DNA of 62,282 nucleotides, the filler included, from Dirinaria sp. TL-2023a (lineage: Eukaryota): the NCBI GenBank assembly GCA_051941275.1. It is 29 parts of 29 records of this genome, joined end to end, with 100 filler letters (N's around TTAATTAATTAA, not from the genome) between each part and the next. Parts side by side here need not be neighbours in the genome. Positions count along the whole stretch, not along the records: positions 49,633 to 51,661 come from JAVEBF010002429.1; positions 51,762 to 53,789 come from JAVEBF010002430.1; positions 53,890 to 55,916 come from JAVEBF010002431.1; positions 56,017 to 58,041 come from JAVEBF010002432.1; positions 58,142 to 60,165 come from JAVEBF010002433.1; positions 60,266 to 62,282 come from JAVEBF010002434.1; 23 more parts are not named here. The stretch is one strand, 5' to 3'. The translations under genes and the position numbers were made by a program. Positions 49,533 through 62,057 of this stretch are shown here, piece by piece. The notes under the pieces were generated by a model. It was not told the origin of the DNA. It ran no database searches and was given only the letters and a program-made list of their open reading frames with translations. Positions within the stretch are counted from its first letter, which is position 1. The number at the start of each line of letters is the position of its first letter.

Positions 49533-52023
49533 NNNNNNNNNNNNNNNNNNNNNNNNNNNNNNNNNNNNNNNNNNNNTTAATTAATTAANNNNNNNNNNNN
49601 NNNNNNNNNNNNNNNNNNNNNNNNNNNNNNNNGTCCATATTCCAATGCACAATCGTGATTTCTCGATGGGATTGTAGTAAGGAGGAATTAGATAACAGAC
49701 ATTATTATTATACAGTACTCGTGCATATTTCACGGGGTCTTGTCTGGTTTTTTTTGTCTTTTTTCTCATCACAGATCCACGAACATCAATTTTTTTTTTC
49801 TCTTTTTAACGATTACGATTAATCAAACTAAACCTTCTGCTCAAATATAAATACATGTATTTCAGTAGACAGCGGACATTGAGCTATTTTATTAAGAAGC
49901 CGCAGGCGCGTTCGCGGACGGGAGTAAAATACCTTAAAAGTGACGAGAATTGGAATTCGCAGTGTTACTTGCTCTTGTTGTATAATGTATACTAAGACTG
50001 ACTTTTAATCTTATATGATATTTGAAGCTGGCGATTGAAATTAGTCGCTTTTTTTTTCTTTTTTTTTTTTGGGAGAGGCTGGGAAGAGAAGAGAAGAGAA
50101 GAGGTAGTCTGGTCTGGAAGGAGGCGAAAAGACGATGAATATTTGATTTTTTATTTGTGATCCAGTGGAAAAGTAGAGTGTTAGAAGGGCGATTCATGTT
50201 CTCTTAGTATCTCTATTTCTGATCCTTCCCCTTCTTTTCACTCTTCACGAGAAATACTTCTTTTTCTGATCTAGCATTCATCACCAAGGTTTAATTCTTG
50301 CACTACTTAAACTAAACCAATCTTTCTGTTTTTGGTTGATTCTCAAGCGATTAAGTAGCTGGAAAATTTGAAAGAGGAGATAGGAGAGGGGAAAATAACT
50401 GGCGAGTTTTTATGTTTTTTTTCTTGATTTTTTTTCTTAACTAGGAAAAGGGGGAGTGAATAAGTTCTAGAAATTTATTGAAATTGTATATAGTCGCTTA
50501 TTGCTGCTCTTCATTTTTTCTTTTCTCTATGTTCAATGTATAGATCGAAACACAGTCAAGATTTTCTCCTCTCTATGTTGGAAGGTGTCTAATGTAACAT
50601 TCCAACGCAGCTTCAGTGAAAACATGAAAAGATAATAATCCATACCTTGAACGTCCTGATAAAAACCATTCCGAATTAAACAATATACACGTCCTAAAAC
50701 ATCAAAGTACCTACTTCAAGATAAGAGCGGAAATATCCCCCTTCTCAACTAAATCCTTTAAATCCAATCAATGTTGCAAATTCCACGACGTCTTAGTAAT
50801 AAAAAAGCAGAGTTCAATGTCAATGTCAAGTATATTAGATAATTATGTTTAGATAGGGTATGAACAAAAATAAATTCTCGCTTTCGAAAGATGATATTTT
50901 ATATTTTTCGGTTCTCGATTCTTTTGATTTAGCTTCGCTTCTAGGTTTTTAAAGTTTGATAAAGTAATCTCTCAGTTATTGGTTCTTAAGGTTGATTAAT
51001 CAAGGTTTTCTGGAAATTTTTTTTCTTTCTTCGAGACTTTTGTAGAAAGAGGATATAAAAGGTTTATTCTAAAAATTGGCATTTTTTCCATTCGTATATC
51101 GTATGTCGTCTGACATACTGAATGCACCGCTGTCTCTCAAAAAAGACGAAGAAGAAAAAAAAAAGAGCAAACCCCTTTCCAACAAAATTCCAAAACCCCG
51201 CGCAACTCAGCACGATAATTAAACGCCAGATGACTCAGATAGCACAATCTATCTTCTCCCCTACACCTTCCCCTTCTTCTGATTTATATCCCCCCCAAAA
51301 GATCTCTCTGACCCCTTAAAATCAATCCCGCATATCTTTCTCATCTCTTACACATCTTTATCTCAGGTTCTCTCTCTCTTTGGAAACAGAAGGGGGGGAG
51401 TGAGAAGAAGAGGAATTGATACGATTTGACTTGCCGATTACTTTTTTTCTTCTTCTTTCTTTCCCCTCTCCTGGCAGCAGAGTAGCTGTGAATCTCATCT
51501 CAGATTTCTTTCACTATCTCCAATTTTCCTTCTCCAATTTTCCCCTTTCTTTCTCCCTCCCTCCCTTCTCAAAACGAAAAATTCCTCTTAAAAACCCCCC
51601 CTTCAAAAGACGAGAACTTTAAAAAAAGGTAGAGATCTTATTCATCTACTCATCACCCCCCNNNNNNNNNNNNNNNNNNNNNNNNNNNNNNNNNNNNNNN
51701 NNNNNTTAATTAATTAANNNNNNNNNNNNNNNNNNNNNNNNNNNNNNNNNNNNNNNNNNNNGCGGGGATCGAAGCCCATCGGAATCGGGATTCGCATCTG
51801 CTGACGCGGCTGATCCTGACCGACAGGACGCACGCTTGATTCGATGCCTTCATAAACATCTTCTCGGAGCATCCGCCCCGACGTACGCGTACCGGGAGAT
51901 TACGTACCTGCGATTCCATGGAAGGTCGTGCTGATTATTGCTGATATATTTCACTTTCGTCGTGTTTGCTTTTTTCTCTTTACTTTTCCATTCCATCTGC
52001 ATTGTGGTCGTTTTTTCTTGCAA

Positions 52024-53050
52024 TATGTATATCCAAAAGTCGTTTGTTGCTACTCTCCTTGCAGGTACGGTGGCTGCCAGGCAGCTGAAAGCACGGGAAG
52101 GGTATGAGCCCTTTTTCCAGCCCGAAATGCCTCATCAGGCACGAGATCCTGCCCTGTTTACTAAAGACGACTCGAAAGCTGATACCGTCTCCACCTACTA
52201 GTCCTGTTGAGTCTGCCGTTGGGTCAGATTATTCCACCGCGGTCGCCTCGGCGAATCGTGCCCTCTCCACCCACGATGCCATCGTCTCGAATGCAGCAGC
52301 GAGCTATTCCGATTACGTCTCCGACGCAAATGCCGCCATTTCCACGCGCGACGCCGCGATCTCAAGTTTCTGGAGCACTTACTCGCCAGCAGCGAGCTAT
52401 TCCGCCTACAGGTCCCACGCCAGGGCCAGTTATTCCGACGCGATCGACTCTGCGAACCACTTCTTCTCCACCCGTGACGCGGCCCTCTCAAGTGCCTGGA
52501 GCGGTTCTCTGGGAGCGAGCTATTCCGCCGCCCGGTCCGCCGCCAGAGCCAGTTATTCGCATGACGTCTCCGCCGCGAATGCCGCCCGGTCAAGCGCTTT
52601 GAGCGATGCGTCGACTTACGTCGAGACCGTCACCGGCGTCGATGGCACTGTGCGCGTGACATCGACGTTGACGTTCTACGGGCTCCCTTCAGGATCATCT
52701 TCGGGATCTGTACCTGCTTCGACTACCGGGCACGCCGGCTCGTCTTCGTTGAGTTTCGCCGCTGGCACCGTACGTCTTTCCCTTTCGACCGAAAACCCCC
52801 AAACCCTTGGCCCTCCTACAAGCTCAGCAATTAGTTTCAAAGCGCTAACCATTGATCCCAGGTAAGCAACACTGGTGCCGCGACTGCGAATCCTACCGCA
52901 GTCAACGAGGCCAATAGCCGGGGCTCGGCAACCAGCTCCGGCAGCACTGCGACTGCGGCGAGCAGCGACGCGACGGCGCCATTGAGCAGCATGCTCTCCA
53001 TCAGCGCGGCGCTTGTTTTCTCGATCGTTTGCATGATGGCATGGCTATAG
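52024..53050 (+). CDS. Ser/Ala-rich repeat cell-surface protein with predicted GPI signal; introns 52102-52201 and 52770-52861
   Basis: Signal peptide MYIQKSFVATLLAGTVAA, repeated ASYS...STRDAA units, hydrophobic C-terminus LSISAALVFSIVCMMAWL*. Confidence 0.78.
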
Positions 53051-54485
53051 AAAACGGACATACTCGTATTTTCTGTATATGTGTATACTACCTGCACCGA
53101 GATGTTTCAGGCCGACGCAGAGACCCTCTCGTGGAGAAAGCCTCAGCGTGGCAGTCGATCCTTTTTGGAATTATATTGCCGGCGATTCAGCAACTGATCG
53201 ACCTTTCTTGTCAGGTTCTAGATTGATAAGACCAGGAAGAGGCGTTCTGGTACAGAATGTATACCCTATAAATCTTTACAGAAGGGAAAAAAGGAAAACC
53301 CCTTGCGGATCATTAAAAAACTAAAATGCCCGAGGAATAGAATGATGAAATAGAAAAAAAAAAAATTTTTTTTAACCTATTCTTCTTGTCTCCTGTGTGC
53401 CCTCCCGCGCTAACATTGAATTAAATTAATATATGACCCGACTCGCCTAATTCCCCCTCAATACAGTAGATATTCATCTATAGTAAGATTTCACAGGTTC
53501 CGCAGGCCGGAGTATAGTATGGTAAAATAAAGGAATCCAGTATCCCAACTTCCCCACCTCAACTTCGCTTTCACTTCCCTCAGCAACGTCACCACGAAAC
53601 TATACACCTTCCCTCCATCCCTCCTCCCACGACGTCCAAAAAAAATCCCCATACTATGAACTATCAATTTCTCTAGGATCAGCGAAATTGTGTATTGTAT
53701 ATTAATCCATCTATCCATCTGTCCGTGCATGTATTGATATCACATCTCCTTTAGTCGAAAAAAATCATATTTTTAAATAAAAAGAAGAGNNNNNNNNNNN
53801 NNNNNNNNNNNNNNNNNNNNNNNNNNNNNNNNNTTAATTAATTAANNNNNNNNNNNNNNNNNNNNNNNNNNNNNNNNNNNNNNNNNNNNAACTAAGGTAG
53901 GTACCTTAGAGAGCAAAGGTCGGGGAATGCTGTCATCATCGTCCACCTGGGCACTTACTACTCTCAGCACCGCATCGATCCAAATAATAACCAGCCTCGT
54001 AGCTAATAAACAACCCCAGCAAGCCCGAAAATCCCGGAAGGCCCCCATAGGGCCCCTTTGCCATGCCACAACCAGGGAATAAACACGCCGCTAACCTGCA
54101 GCACGCCAATGATCGATTTCGAGCCGCCTCGTGGATTTGACAAAGCCTTGGTAATTGGGACCTCTGCAGTAGTGCCTGATGTGTGCGTGCCTGGGGGTGT
54201 GTGTGTGGGAGAGAGAAAGTGACAGAATGCGTATGTGTGTGTGTGTGTAAGTGTGTGCGCGCGCCTGTGAGCGTTCACCGACTACTTGATCCTTCCAGAA
54301 CTTGGCCCGCCTCAATTCTTAGCCAACGGGGAACGGGGCAGACTGTTATCTCGCATGTAAAAAGGGCTCATGGTCTTCCAGTCTTGAAAGTATAAGTATC
54401 TCTCCTGTGCTTCCGAAGTCTCCCTATTACCCCCACACCAACCTCGATCTTGTCTCTGTCGTCATTCCATTTCTTTGCTGCAGCC

Positions 54486-55703
54486 ATGCCGAAGATCCAG
54501 AACATTGAATATTTCCGAGTACCGCCTCGATGGCTCTTCGTCAAGATCACCGATGAGCAAGGTAGCTACGGCTGGGGAGAAGCAACTCTGGAGGGGCATA
54601 CGCAAGCGGTAGAAGGTTGCCTGGATGCTCTGATCCGGCGCTTCGCCGGCTTCGAAGCCGAGTACTTCAACCTCCTTCCATAGATTGCTGTGGAATTTCC
54701 GCTGACTCGTGTTTCCCCGGAAACCAGCGACATCGAACACATCTGGCAGTCGGCCTATCGTCTGGGCTTCTACCGCGGAGGCCCTGTACTGATGTCTGCT
54801 CTAGCCGGCCTTGATATCGCGCTGTGGGATCTCAAAGCCCGGCGGCTAAATGTGCCAATATATCAGCTCCTGGGCGGTGCTGTGCGTAAGAAAATTAAAG
54901 TCTACGCCTGGATAGGCGGAGATCGGCCCAAGGACGTCAAAAAGGCGGCAGAGGAACGTTACCAGCAGGGCTTCAGAACCATCAAGATGAACGCAACGGA
55001 GGACGTGGACTGGCTTGATTCCCCAAGCGCCTTGGAAGCCACCGTGGAAAGGCTCCGGACCGTCAAATCGTTGGGAATGGACGCAGGCCTGGATTTCCAC
55101 GGCCGGCTGCACAAACCCATGGCGAAACAGCTTGCCAAGGCCCTGGAGCCACATCACCCACTCTTCATCGAGGAACCGCTCCTTTCCGAGCACTCGGAGG
55201 GGATCAAGCAGCTCTCCGGGCTGACGACGATCCCGATCGCGCTGGGCGAACGGCTCTACAGCCGCTGGGACGTCAAGCGCTTCCTGCACGACTCCTCGAT
55301 CGACGTCCTGCAGCCGGACATCTCGCACTGCGGCGGCATCTCGGAGCTGCGACGGATCGCGTCGATGGCGGAAGCGTACGACGTGGCCATTGCCCCCCAC
55401 TGCCCGCTGGGCCCCATCACCTTGGCCGCGTCCATGCAGATCGCCATGTGCACGCCCAATTTCGTGATCCAGGAAATGGGCCTGACGATCCACTACAACA
55501 CTGAGCTCGGCGCGCTCGATATCACGAACTACATCCGCGACAAGCGCGTCTGGGACGTCAAGGACGGTTACGTGGACGGGCTGACGGGCGTCGGGATCGG
55601 GATCGAGGTCGACGAGGCCGAAATCCGGGAACTCGCCAAGAACGCAGCTGCTTGGCAACCCAAAGGGTTTGTAGGACCCGATGGCGGTATACGAGAGTGG
55701 TGA
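54486..55703 (+). CDS. D-galactonate dehydratase-like enzyme (DgoD, enolase superfamily); intron 54662-54727
   Basis: PPRWLFVKI..GWGEA, FYRGGP..MSA.AG.DIALWD, KMN, DFHGR, FIEEP, GERL, QPD.SH.GGI, APHCPLGPI. Confidence 0.92.
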
Positions 55704-56895
55704 ATTAAGAACGATGTTTGCACAAAAAAAAAAAAAAAACACATTTGCTTAGGTCAGCTCTTTTGCAAACACACACACCCGCGCTCTCTACCTACCTCCT
55801 GAAAAAAAGGTTGATAGAAACTACTTCCCCTCCCAGAAAGAGTCCCATCGTCTGTGCTGTTTTGTAATACGTCGCAGGGTAAAGGGAACTCTTTATCTTA
55901 AGGCTTCTTCATTACTNNNNNNNNNNNNNNNNNNNNNNNNNNNNNNNNNNNNNNNNNNNNTTAATTAATTAANNNNNNNNNNNNNNNNNNNNNNNNNNNN
56001 NNNNNNNNNNNNNNNNAATATAATGACTTGTGTCAATATCACCCCATGAAGCATCGAAAGCACTTCCAGTTTGATTTATTTTGGTTTGAACATTACGTAT
56101 TAATCGATCTTTGATCATCAAGCTACGCATTATGCGCTAATAATTTACTCAGACCAAGTTCGTACAAACTACTTCAAGCCAATTTCCAATACTCTATTGA
56201 ACAATTAAATGTTCCAATTTAATCAATATGGCCAAATTAGATTCATTAGCTTCCTTAAAAATGATCCAGCGCACTAGCTCAGAGTATTTAAACCAGCCGT
56301 ATCGTCTGCTATTCGCCATCGATGTTTAACTTTGAATGAAATATGTCTCTTCGACGAGTGTGACACAATCTAGGCTCCTTGGCATTTCATTAATTATTTA
56401 TTTGTGGTACAAGGCAAGAGCGCCGCTCGAACGCTGAGCCGTGTAGTTGAGGGGCGAAAACTTTGATGATACAGGGAGGAGTATGCTACATGAAGCTCTC
56501 TTTTGCGGGTTTTATCCATGCTTTGCTGCGGTGAGTTATAGATGAGCGTTTCTGAAACAGGAGGCTGCGCTTCGAGAAGCCTCCTGATATGTCGAGTCTG
56601 AATGACCTCTCGGCGCAGAAAATCAAAGATTCATGGCTCGAATGGCATTGGCAAAACCTGTTGGTGGATAGTGATTCTCGCAAGACACTGCGTGCAAGTG
56701 GTGCATAGTTGGTAGGAGTACTGACAAATTAAAAGTTTGCAGATGTAGGGGACTGCCGCCGAGGATGAGAAAGGGGGTTAGAGCTTTGCCCCGGTCACAA
56801 TATCAGTGTAAATCCACTAGTCGTTATGAATACATTCAGCGCGGGAAGTTCAAACCGTGGCACACTCTGCAAATCCGATCAATCTCCTAGCGCCA

Positions 56896-58041
56896 TTATG
56901 GAGCTATCTTCTCGATCCTCTGCAAGGTGATCCTACCCTTTATGAGTCTGGAAACCCAGATTATAAGCACAACCCCAACAACCAGAAAGCTAAAGACCAA
57001 AGAGCCGCCAAAGATAATTGAGTAGAATTTCCATGCATGCTCTTCTGACATTTTCACCTTAGTAACTACAATGGCCCAGGGAAGGACCCACAGAAGGTTC
57101 GATCCCAGTGCTTGATACAGATACCAGCGTGGATTGGTGGCAAACAGGATGGCTGAGAGTTGATAGTTTAGGGCGTAGAATATATAGCACCAGTCAATGT
57201 TCTATAGATCGGTAAGATGCAATTTCACTCAGCAGAGGGAGCAGTGACAGCATACCTGCCACATCTTCGCAGTTATTGATGACACTTCCCGAGACTGAGA
57301 GAGTTAAAAGGCGAACTCCTGCATTCCTCGCAAAGAAAGCGCAATACAAATGGGGACTTCGACGGCCAAAGCAATAAGACAGGATACGAAAGCTGGGTAG
57401 GCAATTTCTGCTTGTATTAGACAGGCAGCATTTCCGTTTCGAAGACTTACTTATAAGATCGCGTCTTGAAGCCTTGGCCTTTTTCAGACCTGCACCAACT
57501 CTTGCTCGCCATTCACCCCAATTATGGCCAACAAAAGCGAGCGTGGACGCCTCGAGCGCTTGCACAGGCACCATGACCAGGCCCCACCGGATGGTATTAA
57601 AGACGCCCCAGGCGGTTCCATAGTTCTGTCCAAGGGAAATGATGGAGCTAAAAAGCCACAAATATAGTGCGTTTCTAAGCGCTGATTCGATAAATGTGAA
57701 AAGAGACGGCAGTGTCAATATTCTGATAGCTTTAATACTAAAGATTTTCAAACCTGACGCAGTGGCGTCATGATTACCTGGATATTGGCGTCGCAGCTTT
57801 TTCGCAATGTAGAAAAAGTATGCCAAGCCAGCTATTGAAGAAGTAATGTCGCAGGTCAGTCTGATTAGCGCCTGATCGATGAGTGTAGGTTTCCACGATC
57901 CAACATGAAACTTAGAAATGATCAGCAGGTCTAAGACTATGTTGATGGCGACGCTTGTAGAGGCAATCAGGAGTGGTACGTCGGGATTGTCCAGAGCACG
58001 AGTACAGTTTGAGACCGCGACCTGCAGGGCAGAGGAAAGCG
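56896..58041 (-). CDS. MATE-like multi-pass membrane protein, 3' part, two introns
   Basis: [60 protein letters not shown], with many hydrophobic segments. Confidence 0.7.
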
Positions 58042-58141
58042 NNNNNNNNNNNNNNNNNNNNNNNNNNNNNNNNNNNNNNNNNNNNTTAATTAATTAANNN
58101 NNNNNNNNNNNNNNNNNNNNNNNNNNNNNNNNNNNNNNNNN

Positions 58142-59334
58142 GTATAATAGAGTCGATAATTATATCAATTTTCTATCGTCGCATTTTCTCGATTTAACAC
58201 TGATATGTTCGTATGTCTCGAAATCTCTCGTTCTCGAGTTGCATCGCTGTTTAACATTCGTTCGATCGCATCGATTACATCGATTTGTGTCTGTTCGTCG
58301 AATGTAATGTTTTCTAATTCTCGAAATACGTTATTATTTCATTCGAATTCATCGTCGAATTTCGTTTTCTGCTCTCGTTCGATAGTCGTATTAATCTTCT
58401 GAGTCGAGACAGATGCATTGTCTGATGTCGTCTCGTTCAGAACTTTTTAAAATACTGTAAAATTCTTCACATAATAGTATTTCTTCTTTAATGTTGATTT
58501 TGCATCTTCTGTCGAGTTTGTATCATCGTCGCAGTTATCTCAATCAATCATTAAATAAATTTTTTCGTAACGTAACGTTCAATTGTTTTTTAAATATCGC
58601 GTTTTTAGTTCGACAATTTCTTGCGAAATGATCTGATTTGTCACATGAATAACACGTTTTGTTAGTTTTATTTTGTTTAACTCTAAGATTTTTCTTTTTT
58701 CGTTCGATAGAATTCAATTTCATAGACATAATCTTATAATAAGACTGTGATTTCTTTTTTTCGATCGTTTTCAACGAATTTATACATAAAGACACTAGTT
58801 TTTTCTCGTGATTCGTTGTCGAAACGTTTTTTCATGACTCGTTTGTACAGTTTGTTGTCAAGATCGATGACGATCTCGATTAATTTTTCGAGAGATTCGT
58901 ATTCTCGTTCATCGCGCATAAGTTCATTCTTGATCGTATTCTTGAGTTCGCGTTTGAACATAATTTACAATGTCACGTGATCTCATTTCGTGAGTTTCGC
59001 GTATTTCTGAAATCGCGCTGCATAATTCGAAGCTGATTTGATTTGTTTAAGATGTTGTATTACTCGTTCGACGATGATTTTCTCATTAAAAATATCGAAG
59101 ATTCTTCGAATCGCTCTTTTGAAGTTATTAAAAGAAGCGAAAATTCTGTCGTTTGTATCTTTTTCATTGCTGAGTCGTGCTCGTAATTTAGATTTAAATC
59201 AATGTTGAGTTCTTTCTCTGAGAAAGATCGATGCGAAAATCGTTTTCTGATTTTCTGTCACGAGATGAAACACAAAATACAGTTTCATCTGCATAAATCA
59301 GTCGTCGAGATCTTCACGTTTTTTTTGTAAACAT
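58142..59334 (-). mobile_element. Ty3/gypsy gag remnant with CCHC zinc knuckle, interrupted by an LTR insertion
   Basis: CYSCDKSDHFARNC knuckle and LKQIKSASNYAARF gag motif; CC/GG depleted. Confidence 0.85.
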
Positions 59335-59632
59335 TGTCATGAACCAGACCCCTATGGACCTGATCACATGATTGGGTCACATGATTGCATGGACCCTGGA
59401 CCCTGAAGCAGAGTCCCTGGATATCACATGTGTGTGGAAAGGTCTATACCAAGTGTTTTGCTAGAGGTGTTGTGTTTTTGCCTGATCAGGTTTAGCGTTC
59501 TCGGATCGGTGTTGTTCCGATTCCACATTTAAATCTATCTGTATTTAGATTTCCTTTTCCTTTTCTTCTTCATAGATAGTGTTCTAGTTTATTCGTACTC
59601 ATATGTTATTGAGCGCTGTGCAGACTCTGACA
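59335..59632 (+). mobile_element. 5' LTR (298 bp), related to 760..1004, followed by leader and a degenerate gag-like frame (about 59752..60165)
   Basis: TGTCATGAACC...TGACA. The downstream leader GTTGCACGAGTAGA is shared with contig 1. Confidence 0.82.
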
Positions 59633-60985
59633 TTATACTATCTATCACTCTTATCTTTGCACTCGTCGACGTTGCACGAGTAGACCAAACAATTGCAAGA
59701 TTAAGAACCTCATAATAAGAAAACTTACGATATAAGATTTATAAAATCAAGATGTCTAAACAGATACAAAATCTTCGAGTTTCGATCACTCAGAGTCAGA
59801 CTTCTATCTTCGTCAATAACTCAATTAACGATGAGGATCTTCTCTCAATGATGAAAGACTTGTGACAGAAAACAGAAAATTGTCGCGTGTCGATGTTGTC
59901 AGATGATTCGATAAAAATTTTTTCGAAAGCAGATTAGATTCTCACTCTCGAAATCATAAACAATGTCGATCAATTGAAATATTTAGTTCGCAACGACGAC
60001 GATGCTGTTTTCGATTTTATAAAGAAGTATCGAGTGAAACGCGATGCAGCATTGCGCTGTGTAAAAGAGTGAAGAAAAATGAAAAAAATGAGAGACGATG
60101 CAATGAATCAGATCATGAGAGCTCAAGAAAGATTTCAGATGTTCAAACAAGATTTTGAGCAAGAGNNNNNNNNNNNNNNNNNNNNNNNNNNNNNNNNNNN
60201 NNNNNNNNNTTAATTAATTAANNNNNNNNNNNNNNNNNNNNNNNNNNNNNNNNNNNNNNNNNNNNGTGTTCTTGGCTTCGTGGATAGATCCTCCATGAAA
60301 TGAATTCTCATTGCGGCGATGTTTTCCCCTCCCTTTAGCAATTTCTTTTTTTAATCTTGAATCTTGATCTTTTACATCCTCTCCTCTACAATCAAATCCA
60401 ATCCAACCCCAAAATTCATCAACGACTCATCCCTATTCATATCATCTCACTTCTGAGCATTGCTTTTTCCCGCGGTGCGGCTTACCCAACTCAGATCCTT
60501 GGTCTCTGCTTTTTTAAAGGAGAGGAGATTGATGAGTAGGTTTGGATCTATGTATCTATGATGATGTGGAATGAGATTTGATGGGGATGGGGTTTGATGT
60601 AGAGAGGTGATAGATATCTGTTGGGTGGATTGATGTTTATCGATGGAGCTAGGGTACGAGTATACATTTACACTGCTTCTTTAGAAATTTTATCGACAAT
60701 ATGTAATGTTCTTTTGAAGAGTTGAGTTTCTGCTCCTATGTTGATTTAACGCCTGATTGGTTTAGTGCAAGATGATAGGCGACTGGTTGAAAATGGAGTG
60801 GATAGCGGTAGTGTAAGAGACAAGCCAGGATGTACGTCGGATGCAGGACTTAAATCTAGCACTGATTCGCAGCTCAAGAGGTGTTCTATAGCTTGTGTGT
60901 TAGTGGAAGGGATGCGGTTTGATCTTGATTGCTTCTTGACAAAGTTATGTTACTCGTTTGAAAGGGGTTCGAGGTATATTATAAA

Positions 60986-61508
60986 GGGAGCACTTATTTG
61001 TACCCGTGATCCATATTTGTACCCGCCAAGCCGGAGAAACTTTAGGGTTGTCGCAGGGTCATTACTAAATCATTGGGAGGGGTCAACTGGAAGTCGCCCG
61101 GGAGATCACCCGAGATTATCGCCCGGACATGTCAACTTGCTATCTAGAAAGCAGCTGTGCTCACCAAAGGGCAACTGTAGTCAGTCACCTAGACGATACA
61201 GTCTGGCGTACATGGCGCTAGCCAGGACTTATGATGTCGTCCTCCGTACCTTCTCTCCTTACCTCCTTACTAATTAACACCAAGCACAGAAAAACACACC
61301 TTCCTCATCATCTGCATCTGCATCTGCCTAGATAACTACGTAGAGCAATGGCATGTAAGTTGATTATAAAAATACCTGAGAAGTTATCTGGATTATACAG
61401 AAATTTTGTATGCGGTGGAGGTGTTTTTACCCGGTCAGGTTAGTGTCGGTGGAAGGTTTCTCCTAGCGCGGGTACAAATATGGATCGCGGGTACAAATAA
61501 GTGCTCCC
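60986..61508. mobile_element. MITE (523 bp) with 41-bp near-perfect TIRs and 8-bp TSD ATTATAAA
   Basis: GGGAGCACTTATTTGTACCCG(T/C)GATCCATATTTGTACCCGC at both ends in inverted orientation. ATTATAAA at 60978-60985 and 61509-61516. Confidence 0.9.
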
Positions 61509-62057
61509 ATTATAAATAGCCCACCAGTTTATCTGTAAGAGATCTGAAGCATTTGATCATAGTAAAGGACATATCTATAGCTGGGGGGATTATGCTTCTC
61601 TATGATGAGATAAAACAATTCAGTGATACAATGTGTGAATGTGTAAAACAAAAGGGTCGGTGTCTATCTCTATAGTAGCAGTACTTTGCAGCAAATCCGT
61701 GATGATTCATCCTAGTGAGGGGAGACGAGAAAACTGTGTCGATATTCCCACCCCCTTTTTCCCCCATTTAAGATGAGTCAGCAATGAGTTTTTTTTTTTT
61801 CACCCAGTAGCTATACTAGGAGGACTGGGTTGCGATATCTCTGCTGCTTAAGGTAAGGAGGTATCTACTTGGATGGAGAGAGCTGTTCTGTAACCTTCCA
61901 CCTCTCTTCTTGCTGCTCTTTTAATTGCTTTTGCAGGATCCGCAGCCGCGAATCATATCCTTGTTTTTTCAAAACCGTTAATGAACGCTTTTGCATAGCA
62001 AATCGTCTTCATTTTTGATGCTGTAGAATCTCCACAGCAGCTAATAGTTATCCTATT

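Noticed and set aside
49633..51661. AT-rich contig as a possible RIP product or organellar DNA
   Set aside because: It is homopolymer-rich with CC/GG retained and has no TE, rRNA or mitochondrial motifs; it looks like plain intergenic DNA.
54846..55742. Long antisense or alternative-frame ORFs (also 12330..12860, 18764..19363, 25152..25958, 28437..28931)
   Set aside because: Shadows of real GC3-rich genes on the other strand or frame, with no independent motifs.
2075..60265. Regularly spaced identical TTAATTAATTAA motifs resembling an array or CRISPR
   Set aside because: They sit inside N runs of fixed length and separate size-sorted contigs: an assembly linker.
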